Shown: positions 50,832 to 61,932, numbered from the stretch's first letter. The stretch: DNA of 64,000 nt from Alphaproteobacteria bacterium (GCA_965214705.1 OZ243972.1:352001-416000); one strand, 5' to 3'. Notes: generated from the sequence alone by a model not told the origin. Translations and numbers: made by a program.

Positions 50832-51445
50832 TGCTCGAACCAATCATTCTTATCTCCGCGATAGAGCACTTCGTCTATTGTCCGCGTCAATGTGCACTCA
50901 TCCACTGCGATGGCGTTTGGTCCGACAATGCTCATACCGTCCGGGGCTCGCGGGCCCACCGGCGCGTTGATGGTGGCCAGCACAGCGCGGTGCGGGGTCG
51001 TCGAGTGCTGCGCGGCATTCCTCTCTGGTCGGAGTCGCTGGGGCTGTCCGGGCGCGCCGATGTCGTCGAGATGGACGGCGATGCGATCCGGCCAGTGGAA
51101 TACAAATCTGGCGTCCGGCACGGAGTTGCCGCTGATCTCCAACTCTGCGCGCAGGCCCTTTGCCTGGAAGAGATGCTCGGAGTTGCCGTCCCGTCAGGCA
51201 GCGTCTGGTACGGGGGGACACGACGGCGCGTGGAGGTCGAGTTCACCGGCGCATTGCGGGATCAGGTGTTAGTCGCCATCGCCTCTATTCGCGAGCAACT
51301 GCTCAAAGGGAAGTTGCCCGCCGCAGTGAACGACGACCGATGCAACGCGTGCCAACTCCTGCATCATTGTCTGCCCGGGGTGACCAATGCGACACGCAAG
51401 GTCCGGCGGTACCTGTCCGACGTCGTGTTCGAATGCGCTACCTGA
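50831..51445 (+). CDS. cas4: Cas4 exonuclease
   Basis: YCPRQ, G.ADVVE, PVEYK, QLCAQALCLEEM, C..C.L...C. Confidence 0.92.
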   Translation: MLEPIILISAIEHFVYCPRQCALIHCDGVWSDNAHTVRGSRAHRRVDGGQHSAVRGRRVLRGIPLWSESLGLSGRADVVEMDGDAIRPVEYKSGVRHGVAADLQLCAQALCLEEMLGVAVPSGSVWYGGTRRRVEVEFTGALRDQVLVAIASIREQLLKGKLPAAVNDDRCNACQLLHHCLPGVTNATRKVRRYLSDVVFECAT

Positions 51446-51542
51446 GCACCCTGTACGTTCGCAACGTAAGCGGTACGCAGACCCCATACCGGAATCTGGG
51501 TTGACTACGGAGAGTTTTGGATGAGCGCCGTGAGCGCGCGAG

Positions 51543-53237
51543 TCACTTTGCCTCGGGCTGGAAGTTCCACGGCAGAAGCTCCTGGATGCCCGACTGCGGG
51601 TGGCCCTTGGCGATCTTCTCGAGCGTGCTCCGCATCCAGGCGTAGGGCTCGACGCCGTTCATCTTGCAGGTCTCGATCAGCGAGGCGATGCGGGCCCAGG
51701 CTTGCGCACCCTCGTCGTTGCCGGCGAAGAGCGCATTCTTGGCTGTGAGCTTCAGCGGCCGGATTCGGTTTTCCACCAGGTTCGAGTCGATCTCGACGCG
51801 GCCGTCGTGCAGGAACTCCAGCAGCCCGTCCCACTGGTTGGCGATATAGGTCAGCTTCTCGCCGAGACGGGAGCGCGGTGAGACGCGCGAGCGCTGCTCG
51901 TCGAGCCAGACACCGAAGGTGTTCACGATCGGCGCCGACTCCTCCCAACGGATCGCGCGGCGCTCCGCCGGCGGCTTACCCCGGATCTTCTTCTCGATCG
52001 CATAGAGCTTCGCGATCCGATTCAGACCGGCCAGCGCGATCGGCGATGCGCTCGAGTCGTATACCTCTTTCAGCTTCCGTCTTACATGCGCCCAACAGAG
52101 GGCCCGCGTCACAGGGCCTTCCGCCCGGTCCGGCCGCGCCAGGATGTTGTGGCCCGAGTAGCCGTCGAGCTGCACCGTCCCCGAAAAGCCCTCCATAAGC
52201 TCGGCGCCATACTTGCCGCCGCGGCCGGGCGCATAGCGATAGACGACGCCCGGCGGGTCCGTGCCGCTCCAGTGGCGCTCGTCACGCACAAGGGTCCACA
52301 TGTAGCCCGTCTTCGTCTTGCCCCGGCCCGGGTCGAGAACGCGGATCGTGGTCTCGTCCAGACCCAGGTGATCCGACTTCTTCAGCTCATCCTCCAGGCA
52401 AGCGACCACGGGGCGCAGGTGAAACGACGCCTGGCCCACCCACGTCGCCAGCGTCGCGCGGTGAACCTCGATCCCCGAGCGCTCGTAAATCTGCGACTGA
52501 CGGTAGAGCGGGCAATGATCGCCGTACTTCGCGATCAGCACCTGCGCCAGAAGAGCCTCGGTGGGAAGGCCGCCCTCCACCAGAGCGGCCGGCGCCGGCG
52601 ACTGCACCACCCCGCCCCCCTTGCACTTGTTGCAGGCGTAGCGGGGGCGCACGGTCTCGATGACGGTGAACTTCGCCGGCTCATAGTCCAGACGCTCGCT
52701 TCGGTCCTCGCCGATCTTCGTCATCTCGCCGCAGCCGCAGGGGCACATGATCGTGTCCGGCTCGATCACCTCCTCGCGCCGGTCGACCTGGGGCCCGAAG
52801 CGCACCCCGCTGCGCGACCCCCGGGAAGAGCGCCGCCGGCGCTTGCCGCCAGCCCCCTCGTCCTGCTCCTGGTCATCTGCCTCGGGCCGACCGCCGGCTT
52901 CAGCGATCGCCGCCCAAAACTCCTCGAACGTAAGCTGGCGCTCGTCCTCGTTGAGCTTCTCGGAGCGCGGACCGAACAGCGCCTTCCTGAGCTCCTTGTT
53001 GAGATGCTCAAGCCGGCTGATCTGCTCCGCGCTGTGCGCGTTCTCGGCCTCCAGCCGTGCCGCCCGCGCTTCCGCTGTCTGCCTCGCCGCCTCCGCTTCG
53101 CACAGGGCCGCTTCGGTCGCACGGCGCGCCGCGCGCTCGTCGTCAAGCTCCGCATGCAGGGCCACCAGCGCCGCCGAAACCACCGCAGGCGACGGCGAAC
53201 CGGCGCTGCTGGGGGGTGAGGGCGTGGCCTTCGGCAT
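51543..53237 (-). CDS. tnpC: IS66 transposase TnpC
   Basis: Close homolog of 26095-27810. Confidence 0.93.
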   Translation of the reverse strand: MPKATPSPPSSAGSPSPAVVSAALVALHAELDDERAARRATEAALCEAEAARQTAEARAARLEAENAHSAEQISRLEHLNKELRKALFGPRSEKLNEDERQLTFEEFWAAIAEAGGRPEADDQEQDEGAGGKRRRRSSRGSRSGVRFGPQVDRREEVIEPDTIMCPCGCGEMTKIGEDRSERLDYEPAKFTVIETVRPRYACNKCKGGGVVQSPAPAALVEGGLPTEALLAQVLIAKYGDHCPLYRQSQIYERSGIEVHRATLATWVGQASFHLRPVVACLEDELKKSDHLGLDETTIRVLDPGRGKTKTGYMWTLVRDERHWSGTDPPGVVYRYAPGRGGKYGAELMEGFSGTVQLDGYSGHNILARPDRAEGPVTRALCWAHVRRKLKEVYDSSASPIALAGLNRIAKLYAIEKKIRGKPPAERRAIRWEESAPIVNTFGVWLDEQRSRVSPRSRLGEKLTYIANQWDGLLEFLHDGRVEIDSNLVENRIRPLKLTAKNALFAGNDEGAQAWARIASLIETCKMNGVEPYAWMRSTLEKIAKGHPQSGIQELLPWNFQPEAK

Positions 53238-53330
53238 GGCCGATCCCTTAATCCGATTCGCCGATGCGTGACCAGGGAAAAGTGCAGACGGGACCGCGAC
53301 CGAAATCTGCGGCCCCGCCTGCGTGCCGCC

Positions 53331-53681
53331 TCACTCCGCCGCCAGCGGGCGGCGAACCGGGAGGGCCTTCACCCGGCGCCAGTCAAGGCCCTCGAAAAGA
53401 GCCTCGAACTGGCCCTTCGTAAGGCGCATCACACCGTCCTCGATCCGGGGCCAGGCGAAACGACCCCGCTCAAGACGCTTGTAGGTCATCACCAGACCGG
53501 TGCCGTCCCACGCAAGGAGCTTGAGCCTGTCGCCGCGGCGCGAGCGGAAGATCACGATCACCCCGGAATAGATATCGAGATCCAGCTCCCCCGCCGCCGT
53601 CGCCGCAAGCGCGTCGTGGCCGCGACGAAAATCAACCGGCCGCGTCGCCAACACGATGCGAAGCGAGGGCACCGCGATCAT
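53331..53681 (-). CDS. tnpB: IS66 TnpB
   Basis: Close homolog of 25651-26001. Confidence 0.92.
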   Translation of the reverse strand: MIAVPSLRIVLATRPVDFRRGHDALAATAAGELDLDIYSGVIVIFRSRRGDRLKLLAWDGTGLVMTYKRLERGRFAWPRIEDGVMRLTKGQFEALFEGLDWRRVKALPVRRPLAAE

Positions 53682-54103
53682 GACGACGCCCGACCCAGAC
53701 CCGAGGCCACAGCCACGATCCGATCGACCGCGCTCTCCACCGGAAGGCGAACGACCACGCCCAGCGCCTCGATCGCCACCGTCCGCTCGGACGTCACGCT
53801 ATCAACCACCACGGGAACAAATGGCGGTGCAGAGCCACCAATCCGAGCGCCCGGAAGAGTTCCCTCCCGCGCGCGCCGCCGCCACTTGGTCAGGGTCGTA
53901 TCGCTGACGCCATGGCGGCGCGCGACCGCCGCAACCGAAGAGCCCGGCTCAAAGCTCTCCGAGACAATCCGCGCCTTCTCATCGTCCGGCCAGCGTCGCA
54001 TGGGGGCCGGCTCAGACGGAGCCGGGGCGGCTCCCTCAGAAGCTGGGAGCTCAACCGAAGCAACAGCGACACCGTCGCCAGATGCCAAAATCGAATCTGT
54101 CAT
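53678..54103 (-). CDS. tnpA: IS66 TnpA (single HTH)
   Basis: RRWPDDEKARIVSES..VARRHGVS..WRR. Confidence 0.85.
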   Translation of the reverse strand: MTDSILASGDGVAVASVELPASEGAAPAPSEPAPMRRWPDDEKARIVSESFEPGSSVAAVARRHGVSDTTLTKWRRRAREGTLPGARIGGSAPPFVPVVVDSVTSERTVAIEALGVVVRLPVESAVDRIVAVASGLGRASS

Positions 54104-55188
54104 CGCGATCTCTCCTGTGTGGCTCGTGGTCAAGGCGGAGAGTCAGCCCCGAAATCAGATCCGCTGGAAGTATGGGGGCCCGATACCGCTTACTTCGCAA
54201 CCACCGCGCCCGAGTCCAGCACCGGCGGGGATCGTTGACGGTGTCGTCACCCGATGGGAGCCAACGTGTCCCACTTGAGGCGATCGACGCGTTGATAGTG
54301 CTGGGCGGGGCGCAGGTCACCATGCAGGCATTGGATGCATGTGTGCGGCGGGGCATACGCGTCGCGGCCCTCCACCGGAGCGGTGCCGTGCGCTTCCTCG
54401 TAAGCGGCGCGACCAAAGGCAACATTCACCTCCGCACAGCGCTCTTTGAGGCGGTCATGGATGAATCCCGCTCGCTCGAGTTGTCGAGGGCTATTGTCGC
54501 GGCAAAACTGCAGAATAGCCGGAGGGTCGTTGGCCGCTGGTCGCGTGACGAAAGGGATACGGTAAAAAGCAAGCGACTCGCCGACCGGAGCGAGCAGATT
54601 CGGCAACGAATTGCGCGACTGGCGGACGCGGTGTCGGGCGATTCCGTGCGCGGTATCGAAGGAGATGCGGCCCGGATTTACTTCCGGGCGGTGGAGCAGG
54701 TCGTGGCGCCGGCCAAACTGGGCTTCTCGTCGAGGTCGCGGCGACCGCCTCGTGACCCCGTCAATGCGATGTTGAGCTTCTGCTACGGGCTGTTGGTGAC
54801 CGAGTGCTGCGGTGCGCTGGAGAGTGTCGGTCTAGACTACCAGATGGGGTTTTTCCATCGCCCGCGGGCAGGCCGTCCCTCCCTTGCGCTGGATCTGGCA
54901 GAAGAGCTGCGCGCGTTGACGGATCGGTTCGTGGTGTCGCTGGTACGCCGCCGGCAAATCGGACCTGCAGGCTTCGACTATACGCCTGGCGGCGGCGTTT
55001 ACCTGAACGACGACGCGAGAACCGCTCTGATCGAGGCGTGGGAAGAATACAAGGAAACAGAAACTGCGCATAGAATACTCGGGCGACCAGTTGGACGATG
55101 GGCGATCCCCTCGGTCCAGGCAACACTGCTTGCGCGGCATCTACGCGGAGACCTCGCTGCGTATCCGCCATTTGTTCTCCCATAACCG

Positions 55189-55479
55189 ATGGACGTATTG
55201 GTCACCTACGACATCGCAGATACGGAATCCACTGGAGCGTTGCGCCTTAGGCGGATCTCGGACGTGTGCGAGAAGTATGGGCAGCGGGTGCAGTTCTCGG
55301 TCTTCGAATGCCGCCTCTCCAAAGCGAGGCTGGTCCGGTTTGTCGGGGAGGTGGAAGACATCATCGACCGCGATCGCGACTCCGTGCTCGTCTACCGTTT
55401 CCCCGGTGGAATTGAGGCCGCGACGCTGCGTTTAGGTCGGCGTCCGGAACATGCTCTTGGCAAGCCTTGGATCCTATGA
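55189..55479 (+). CDS. cas2: Cas2
   Basis: VLVTYDI, YGQRVQFSVFEC, DSVLVY. Confidence 0.93.
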   Translation: MDVLVTYDIADTESTGALRLRRISDVCEKYGQRVQFSVFECRLSKARLVRFVGEVEDIIDRDRDSVLVYRFPGGIEAATLRLGRRPEHALGKPWIL

Positions 55480-55674
55480 GACAGCTTGCGAACCTCCGGT
55501 GACTCTCGTTTCAGAGCGTCGAATTGGCGAATTGTGGCATGATCGGAAAGTGGGAGTGTCTCGCTATCCTGCGGCTTTGCGGCGGATGAGACAATTCAGC
55601 CACCCTCTCGGCGGTCTGACGACTGGATTGGGACGAAATTTCTCCGAGCAGACAGCAGTTCGCCGTGATTAGGG
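55480..55674 (+). promoter_or_regulatory. CRISPR leader
   Basis: Non-coding, lower-GC segment between cas2 and the first repeat. Confidence 0.7.
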
Positions 55675-56817
55675 GTGTCGCCGGGGTTTCGACTCCGGCC
55701 TTCGTTGAGCGACGACGCATGTGCAATCCGGGACGGCGACGGTCGCGCGTCGCCGGGGTTTCGACTCCGGCCTTCGTTGAGCGACCGGGGCCTCCACCGA
55801 TACCGACACCGTGTGGCGGTGTCGCCGGGGTTTCGACTCCGGCCTTCGTTGAGCGTCGCTACCCGCCATGGGAACTAGCTGGGGGCAGGGGGTGTCGCCG
55901 GGGTTTCGACTCCGGCCTTCGTTGAGCGAGCAGCGTGTCGGCGACGATCACGATGCGCTCGGCGTGTGTCGCCGGGGTTTCGACTCCGGCCTTCGTTGAG
56001 CGCACCTAGGGGACAGGGTGCTCACCGCGGACGGCAGGTGTCGCCGGGGTTTCGACTCCGGCCTTCGTTGAGCGTACCCGCGCCAGCGCGCTGGCCTGCC
56101 CGGCCGAGTGGTGTCGCCGGGGTTTCGACTCCGGCCTTCGTTGAGCGGCCCACGTCTGCGACGACGCGCGCGTCTACGGCGACGGTGTCGCCGGGGTTTC
56201 GACTCCGGCCTTCGTTGAGCGATTTCGGGCAGCGATTTGGTCCATCCCGGACCGCGAGTGTCGCCGGGGTTTCGACTCCGGCCTTCGTTGAGCGGGATAG
56301 CGGGGAATCGGAGGTACCGGACCCAGTCAGCGTGTGTCGCCGGGGTTTCGACTCCGGCCTTCGTTGAGCGCCCGTCGAGTAGTAGTTGCACGACGGACCG
56401 GGGTGGGTGTCGCCGGGGTTTCGACTCCGGCCTTCGTTGAGCGACGACGCGGGACGAGCGGCGGCGTATCTGGAGACGCAGGTGTCGCCGGGGTTTCGAC
56501 TCCGGCCTTCGTTGAGCGCTGGCGCCGGTCGATACCTATACCGTGCCCACCATGGACGTGTCGCCGGGGTTTCGACTCCGGCCTTCGTTGAGCGAGGCGC
56601 GTATGTTGAGGTGGTTCATGTCACGTCTCCCGGTGTCGCCGGGGTTTCGACTCCGGCCTTCGTTGAGCGTCCGAGGTGGCGACTGCGACGGGCAACCGTT
56701 CACGGGGTGTCGCCGGGGTTTCGACTCCGGCCTTCGTTGAGCGGCCATGCAGGTCGGGCTGTACCGCAGGGTCGTCGGAGGTGTCGCCGGGGTTTCGACT
56801 CCGGCCTTCGTTGAGCG
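55675..56817 (+). CRISPR. CRISPR array: 16 repeats (37 nt) and 15 spacers (35-39 nt)
   Basis: Repeat GTGTCGCCGGGGTTTCGACTCCGGCCTTCGTTGAGCG starting at 55675, 55747, 55819 ... 56707, 56781. Confidence 0.97.
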
Positions 56818-56883
56818 ACGTAGAGGTCGCAGGCGTCAGGGCAAATTCGTCCATGGGGTTGGTAGGCTGCTGAGTTTTCGGTA

Positions 56884-57912
56884 GGCTCAATTCGCAAACC
56901 GTAGGCATGGCTTTGCCATCGCAGCCTCAAGGCAGGCTCTCGGCGATGGCTGATCGTCGAGTGCGATGAGATGGAACCACCTCAGATAGCTGTCCAGGTA
57001 CTTGGTGGCGATGCCGCGGCGGATGCGCAGAAAGCCCTTGATCTGGCTGTGGCGGCTGTTGACCGTCTGGATGTGCACGGCACCCCGGACCCGCTCCCCT
57101 GCAGAGCCGTTGATGCTCTCGTGAGGGATGTCGAGCGCGGCTGCGACGGGCGGATAGCAGCGGTTGGCGTCGGAGACCAGCAGGGCATCCGGGGCGAGGA
57201 CCGGCTCCAGCACCGCCTTCACGTTGTCTGCGTTCAGCGCGGGCAGGGTGTGGCTGAGGGTCTCGCCGCCACGGTCGGCGGCGACCAGAACCGGCACCTG
57301 CTCGCGCGAGAGGCCGCGCTTCTTGGCCTTGCCGCCGCGCCGGCGCGGCTTGCGGTCGAGCTTCCGCTGCCCCTTGCGGCTCTCCAGGACGAAGGTCTCG
57401 TCCGCCTCGACGATCCCGGCAAGCCGCTCCGGCGCCTGGCGGACCGCCGCCAGGAAGCGGTGGCGCCAGCGATGCGCCGTGCTCGGCGCAATCCCGCAGC
57501 GCGCGGCGGACGCCTTGATCGTCTCGCCCTCGGCAAGCGAGGCGCCAAAGGACAGCCAGCGCTCCTTGTGGTGAAGGCCCGACAGCGCCGTGCCCGTGAG
57601 CGCACCAAAGGTCCTCCCGCACTCCTTGCAGCGGAAGCGGCGAAGACCGCGCGCCTTGCCCCGCGACACAGCCCCGCCGGCGCCGCAGTGCCGGCAGCGC
57701 CGCTCGTCATCCACACCAAGCTCGATCGCCGCCAACGAGGCCGCGCCCTCCGGCGGGTCCGACAGCATCGCCGCCACTTCCTTGCGCTGCGCCGCAGTCA
57801 ACTCATCGACACGCGAGAACCAGTCCCGAAACCGCTCGTGATCCATCTCTCTGACTCCATAAACGAATCCGGCATGATTCTACCATCACGCATACGATTC
57901 ACGAATTGAGCT
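56884..57912 (-). mobile_element. IS1595-family insertion sequence
   Basis: Inverted repeats GGCTCAATTCG / CGAATTGAGCT; 8-bp TSD TTTCGGTA at 56876-56883 and 57913-57920. Confidence 0.88.
56887..57846 (-). CDS. IS1595-family transposase
   Basis: C..C..RFRCKEC, VEADET, HIQTVN, RGIATKYL..YL.W. Confidence 0.9.
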   Translation of the reverse strand: MDHERFRDWFSRVDELTAAQRKEVAAMLSDPPEGAASLAAIELGVDDERRCRHCGAGGAVSRGKARGLRRFRCKECGRTFGALTGTALSGLHHKERWLSFGASLAEGETIKASAARCGIAPSTAHRWRHRFLAAVRQAPERLAGIVEADETFVLESRKGQRKLDRKPRRRGGKAKKRGLSREQVPVLVAADRGGETLSHTLPALNADNVKAVLEPVLAPDALLVSDANRCYPPVAAALDIPHESINGSAGERVRGAVHIQTVNSRHSQIKGFLRIRRGIATKYLDSYLRWFHLIALDDQPSPRACLEAAMAKPCLRFAN

Positions 57913-58009
57913 TTTCGGTAAGGGGCGTGCGGGTCTCGTTTCGTGCGGCATTTGCAGGCGCTTCGGCGCAGATCCGGCTCGGGGCGGCGGTTTCTCGCAG
58001 CATCCTGTG

Positions 58010-59639
58010 GGCGCGTCTTCACCAGCTCGACGATCCTGGCGGCGGCGGTCTCCGGGTCGTCCGCCGGCACGAAGTAGAAGTCGCTGTCGCCGTCGGGCCG
58101 TGACAGGTCGGGGATGGCGCCCCGGTTGATCCCGTGAGCCGAGGTCACGATCCGGCTCCGCACCGCCTGGCGGAACACCTCGGTCAGCCGCGCCACAGGC
58201 ACCGCGCCCGAGACGATGATGTCGGCGAGCACCTGGCCGGGTCCCACGGAGGGCAGCCGGTCGACATCGCCCACGATCAGCAGCGCGGCTTCGTCGGGCA
58301 CCGCCGCCAGCAGCGAGCGCATCAGCGCGACATCCACCATCGAGGTCTCGTCGATTACCAGAAGGTCGCAGTCAAGCGGGTTGGCCGCATCGCGCCTGAA
58401 GCCGCCGTGCCCGGGGTCCACCTCCAGCAGGCGATGCACCGTCTTCGCCTCCATCCCGGTGGCCTCGCTCATCCGCTTCGCGGCGCGCCCGGTCGGCGCG
58501 CACAGGAGAATGTCCACGCCCTTGGCCGAGAGGATGCGCAGGATCGCGTTGACGATCGTCGTCTTGCCCACGCCAGGCCCGCCCGTGACCACGGTGGCCT
58601 TGGCGGTGAGCGCAATACGGACCGCGTCGGCCTGGCCCGCTGCCAGGGCAAGGCCGGTCTTCCGCTCGACCCAGGGCAGCGCCTTCCCGATATCGATGTC
58701 CGGCCAGGGCAGCGGGCCGGCCGCGATCCGCAGAATCCGGTCCGCGATCGCCTGCTCCGCCCGGTAGAGGCCCCCGAGGAACACGCAGGGGGTATCGGCC
58801 ACCGTGTCCGCGACCACGCTGCCTTCGGCCAACTCAAGGTCGAGCGCGCTTCGGACCAGGTCGTCGGGAACCTCCAGAAACCGGGATGCGAGCGGCCCCA
58901 GCTCTTCCGCCGGCAGGCCGCAATGCCCCTCGTCCATCGCCTCGGTCAGCGCATAGGAGATGCCCGCTCTAACCCGAATCGTCGCCGTCTTCTCGATGCC
59001 GAGCTTCATCGCGATGGTGTCGGCGGTCCTGAAGCCGATCCCGCGTATGTCGCGGGCGAGGCGGTAGGGGTTCTCCGTCATCACCTCGATGGCGTCCGCA
59101 CCGTAGGTCCTGAATATGCGCACCGCCCGCGCCGTGCCCACGCCATGGCCGTGCAGGAATACCATGATCTCGCGCGACGCCTTCTGCTCCGCCCACGCGC
59201 CGGTGATGCGCCCGGCCCGGACCTTCCCGATCCCGGTCACCTCGCGAAGCCGTTCCGGCTCCGCCTCGATCACGTCGAACATCTTCTCGCCGAAGGCCCG
59301 CACTAGCTTGCCGGCATAGACGGGGCCGATGCCCCGGATCATGCCCGAGCCCAGGTACTTCTCGATGCCCTCCACGGATGACGGTGTGGACGTGCGCACG
59401 AAGCGCGCCTTGAACTGGTGCCCGTGGGTGCGGTCGTTGACCCATTCGCCCGACGCCGTGATCCATTCCCCGGCTCCACCATCGCGGCTCGGCCCACCAC
59501 CGTGACAAGGTCGCGATGGCCCCCTGGCCTTCGTCCTGAGAACGCAGAAGCCGTTCTCGGGGTTGTGGTAGGTGACGCGCTCCACCAGGCCGGCCAGGAC
59601 CTCCCGCTCCTCGGACGGCCGCTGCCGGCCGGCGGTCAA
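58010..59639 (-). pseudogene. recD2: RecD2-like SF1B helicase, C-terminally truncated
   Basis: GIGP, NPYRL..IRGIGF.TAD, TGGPGVGKT, APTGRAAKR, IDETSMVD, LPSVGPG; compensating frameshifts near 59470-59525; homology stops near 58010. Confidence 0.85.
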
Positions 59640-59730
59640 GCCGCGCCGGGCGCGGATTGCGCCGCCCGCTCCCCGTTGCGCGAGGCGGGCATGCGCGTGT
59701 CGTGCGCTGCCGCTCCGGCGTCCCTGCGGT

Positions 59731-60417
59731 TCAGCACGATGCCAGGGTCACCATGACCTCGTTCCTGCGGAGCATCGGGATCGTCCAGGGCGGGTTGTAG
59801 CCTGCCATACGCCAGTCCCCCGCATGCTCCAGATCGCGCGCTTCGATCCAGCGCTCAAGCCGCTGCCGCTCCGCCTCGCCCGCCTCGTTGTCCAGCTTGT
59901 CGCTGAAGCGGATGCTCGCGACACAGCGCGCGCCTAGGTCCCTGACCGCAACGCCGCCGTCCACCGGCGCCGTCGCGGCCGTGTACCCGTCCGGCAGGAC
60001 GAAGCCGACCCGCCAGCCGCCGATGCCGGGGCCGGCCAGCGCCTCCGGACTCTCCCCGTCATCGGCGCCGAGGTCCGGCTCCAAGACCGTCGTGCCCGTG
60101 TTCACTATCGCAGGCGCTGCCAGCACCGGCGCGGTCATCGCGATATCGGAGCCGCCCGCGTTGGCCCCCGTGATGTACTCGAACAGCCGCCGGAAGCCGG
60201 CGCCGACCGCCTCGTCGAACGAGCCCGCCGCAGCGGTCCACGCCATCGCATGGCCGTCGTACTCGCGCATCTCGATGTCGCCGTCGGCAAGCACGATCCT
60301 GTACGGGGGTTCCTCGGCAGCCTTGCCGCCGAACACGGAACAGGCGCCCAGGAAGAACGGCCGTGCAATGGCGACCAATGCGCCTATCAACTTCGTTCGC
60401 ATCGACATCGAACCCAA
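59731..60417 (-). CDS. SOUL heme-binding family protein (possible lipoprotein)
   Basis: LGAC lipobox-like motif, EEPPY, GFRRLFEYI.GAN, IAMTAPV, YNPPWT.P.LRRNEV. Confidence 0.8.
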   Translation of the reverse strand: MGSMSMRTKLIGALVAIARPFFLGACSVFGGKAAEEPPYRIVLADGDIEMREYDGHAMAWTAAAGSFDEAVGAGFRRLFEYITGANAGGSDIAMTAPVLAAPAIVNTGTTVLEPDLGADDGESPEALAGPGIGGWRVGFVLPDGYTAATAPVDGGVAVRDLGARCVASIRFSDKLDNEAGEAERQRLERWIEARDLEHAGDWRMAGYNPPWTIPMLRRNEVMVTLASC

Positions 60418-60689
60418 CCTCCGCTCGGTGCGACCTCTCGCGCCGCGGCGATGCGCCTCAGTATATGGCCTCCCGGAAGCGTCGTCCTACCCGTGCGACT
60501 TCGGCAATAAACAGCCCCCGGTGCTCGGTCGAATCGCATGCCGCGGGGCGCGACCGCGCCCGGACAGGCAGGAGACCCGTTCCCGCGCGCATTCCTCATG
60601 TCGCAGCCGAGAGCTGGGCTCCTTCCGGCCCATGACGAACGTGCCATAATCCACTTGCGGCTCCGCCGCGAGCAGCATCCGCACTCGAT

Positions 60690-60736
60690 GAGGCCGCGCG
60701 CCGTCGGCAGGTGTCAGGAAGCCGAACCCTTTCACC
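60690..60736 (-). pseudogene. Cold-shock domain fragment
   Basis: KGFGFLTPADG (RNP-1) with no intact downstream frame. Confidence 0.45.
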
Positions 60737-60993
60737 GGGTCGCATCACGTCAACCTCCTCATGAATGACCGAAGCGGCAGCCCCGACGACCTTGATGCCT
60801 GGCGCCCCGTCGCCGTCGTCGGCGTCTTTTCGCTGCACGCGCGCCGGAAAGAGAAAGAGCCAGCCGGAACGGGGCGGCGGGCGGGGCGTCCCGGCGAGGG
60901 GCGCGTCGTTCCTCGCCGTTCGGGACGATGGCAGGCGGTTGCGCTGCGGAGAATAGCCCCTACATTCGCCGCTAATCATGCGGAGTATGGACC

Positions 60994-61570
60994 ATGTACA
61001 TCTGGGAACACCCGCATTGGCCGCGCTTAGAGCAGGATCGGACCCGCCTCGCGGACGCTCTCGCCGAGACGCGCCACGCGCAGGGTGAGCGCATCGCTGC
61101 GGGGCTTTGCCCCAATTGCGGTGTCCATCCTCCGGTGCCGGAACGCCGGCTGTGTGCCGGCTGTGGCGAGCGGAAGCGCGCCGCCGAGCGCGAGCGCTAC
61201 GCCCATCGCAAGGCCGAAAGCCGCTGTGTCCGATGCCGCGAGCCAGTGCCGACGGGCACCTCCTGCTGCCGACGCTGTGCAGCCATGGAGGCGTCGCGGC
61301 CGAAAGAGCGGAAGAATGCCGCCGATCGAAAGCGGTACGCTCGTCGGCGTGCCAGCCGGAGTTGTTCGCGGGCGCGTTCGCCGGATCGTCGCGGAGCGCC
61401 GGTGCCCGAGGCGCGCTTCACCATCGTCGAGATCGCCACCGGTCTGGCGTTGGACACATTCGAGACCGAAGCCGAGGCCATGGCCTCCCTGGCGTTTCCG
61501 GGCCTCGGTTCCGACGAGGTCGAGATTGTCTCGGATATCGACCCGGCGTTGACTGCGTGGGAGCCGGCCG
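60994..61570 (+). pseudogene. Chimera: Fic-associated N-terminus (DUF4172-like) joined to a Cys-rich zinc-finger protein
   Basis: MYIWEHPHWP..LAETRHAQG, then RIAAGLCPNCG.. and IATG..FETEAEAMASLAF, homologous to 43186-43941. Confidence 0.55.
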
Positions 61571-61932
61571 AGACAGGGATTGCCGGTTCCCACGCTCTCC
61601 TCGCGGAGACCCGTCCGGGCGGCCCGAGGCTACATCCCGGTGTGGCGCTCCGGCAAGGCGCCGGCCACCCAGGCGGAAGACTCCTCTGGCCTTTGCTGCA
61701 GCTGCGTGCGCCTGCCGAATTCTCTCCACGGGGCATCGCTCCTTCGCGGCGCCTGGCCGTTCATCTCGTGCACCCGCTTCTGCTGCAATTGCCTGGAACC
61801 GTCTTGGTCTGTGGGTGTTATTCTGTCGGCGGATGGCCGTTTCGCGGTCCGCGTCACGCGGATCGGGGAGGCGCGTGGCGGCCGGCATTGCTGACGTGCC
61901 CTTCGCATGTCGGCATGAGAGGAGCGCGCCAT

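Larger units (their letters stand above)
51466..54193 (-). mobile_element. IS66 (tnpA-tnpB-tnpC) inserted in cas1
   Basis: Ends GTAAGCGGTA / TACCGCTTAC; 8-bp TSD TTCGCAAC at 51458-51465 and 54194-54201. Confidence 0.93.
51433..55185 (+). pseudogene. cas1: Cas1 split by IS66 (51433-51465 plus 54202-55185)
   Basis: MRYLSTLYVRN|HRARV..; RGIEGDAARIYF, RRPPRDPVNAMLSF.Y, SLALDLAEELR. Confidence 0.9.

Noticed and set aside
55675-56817. Self-targeting spacers, and ORFs across the array
   Set aside because: No spacer match in the window was seen by eye (a proper search is needed); the ORFs are translations of repeats
44491-56817. CRISPR-associated transposon (CAST) interpretation
   Set aside because: No tnsABC or tniQ; Cas3 is intact; nearby IS elements have their own TSDs and are independent insertions
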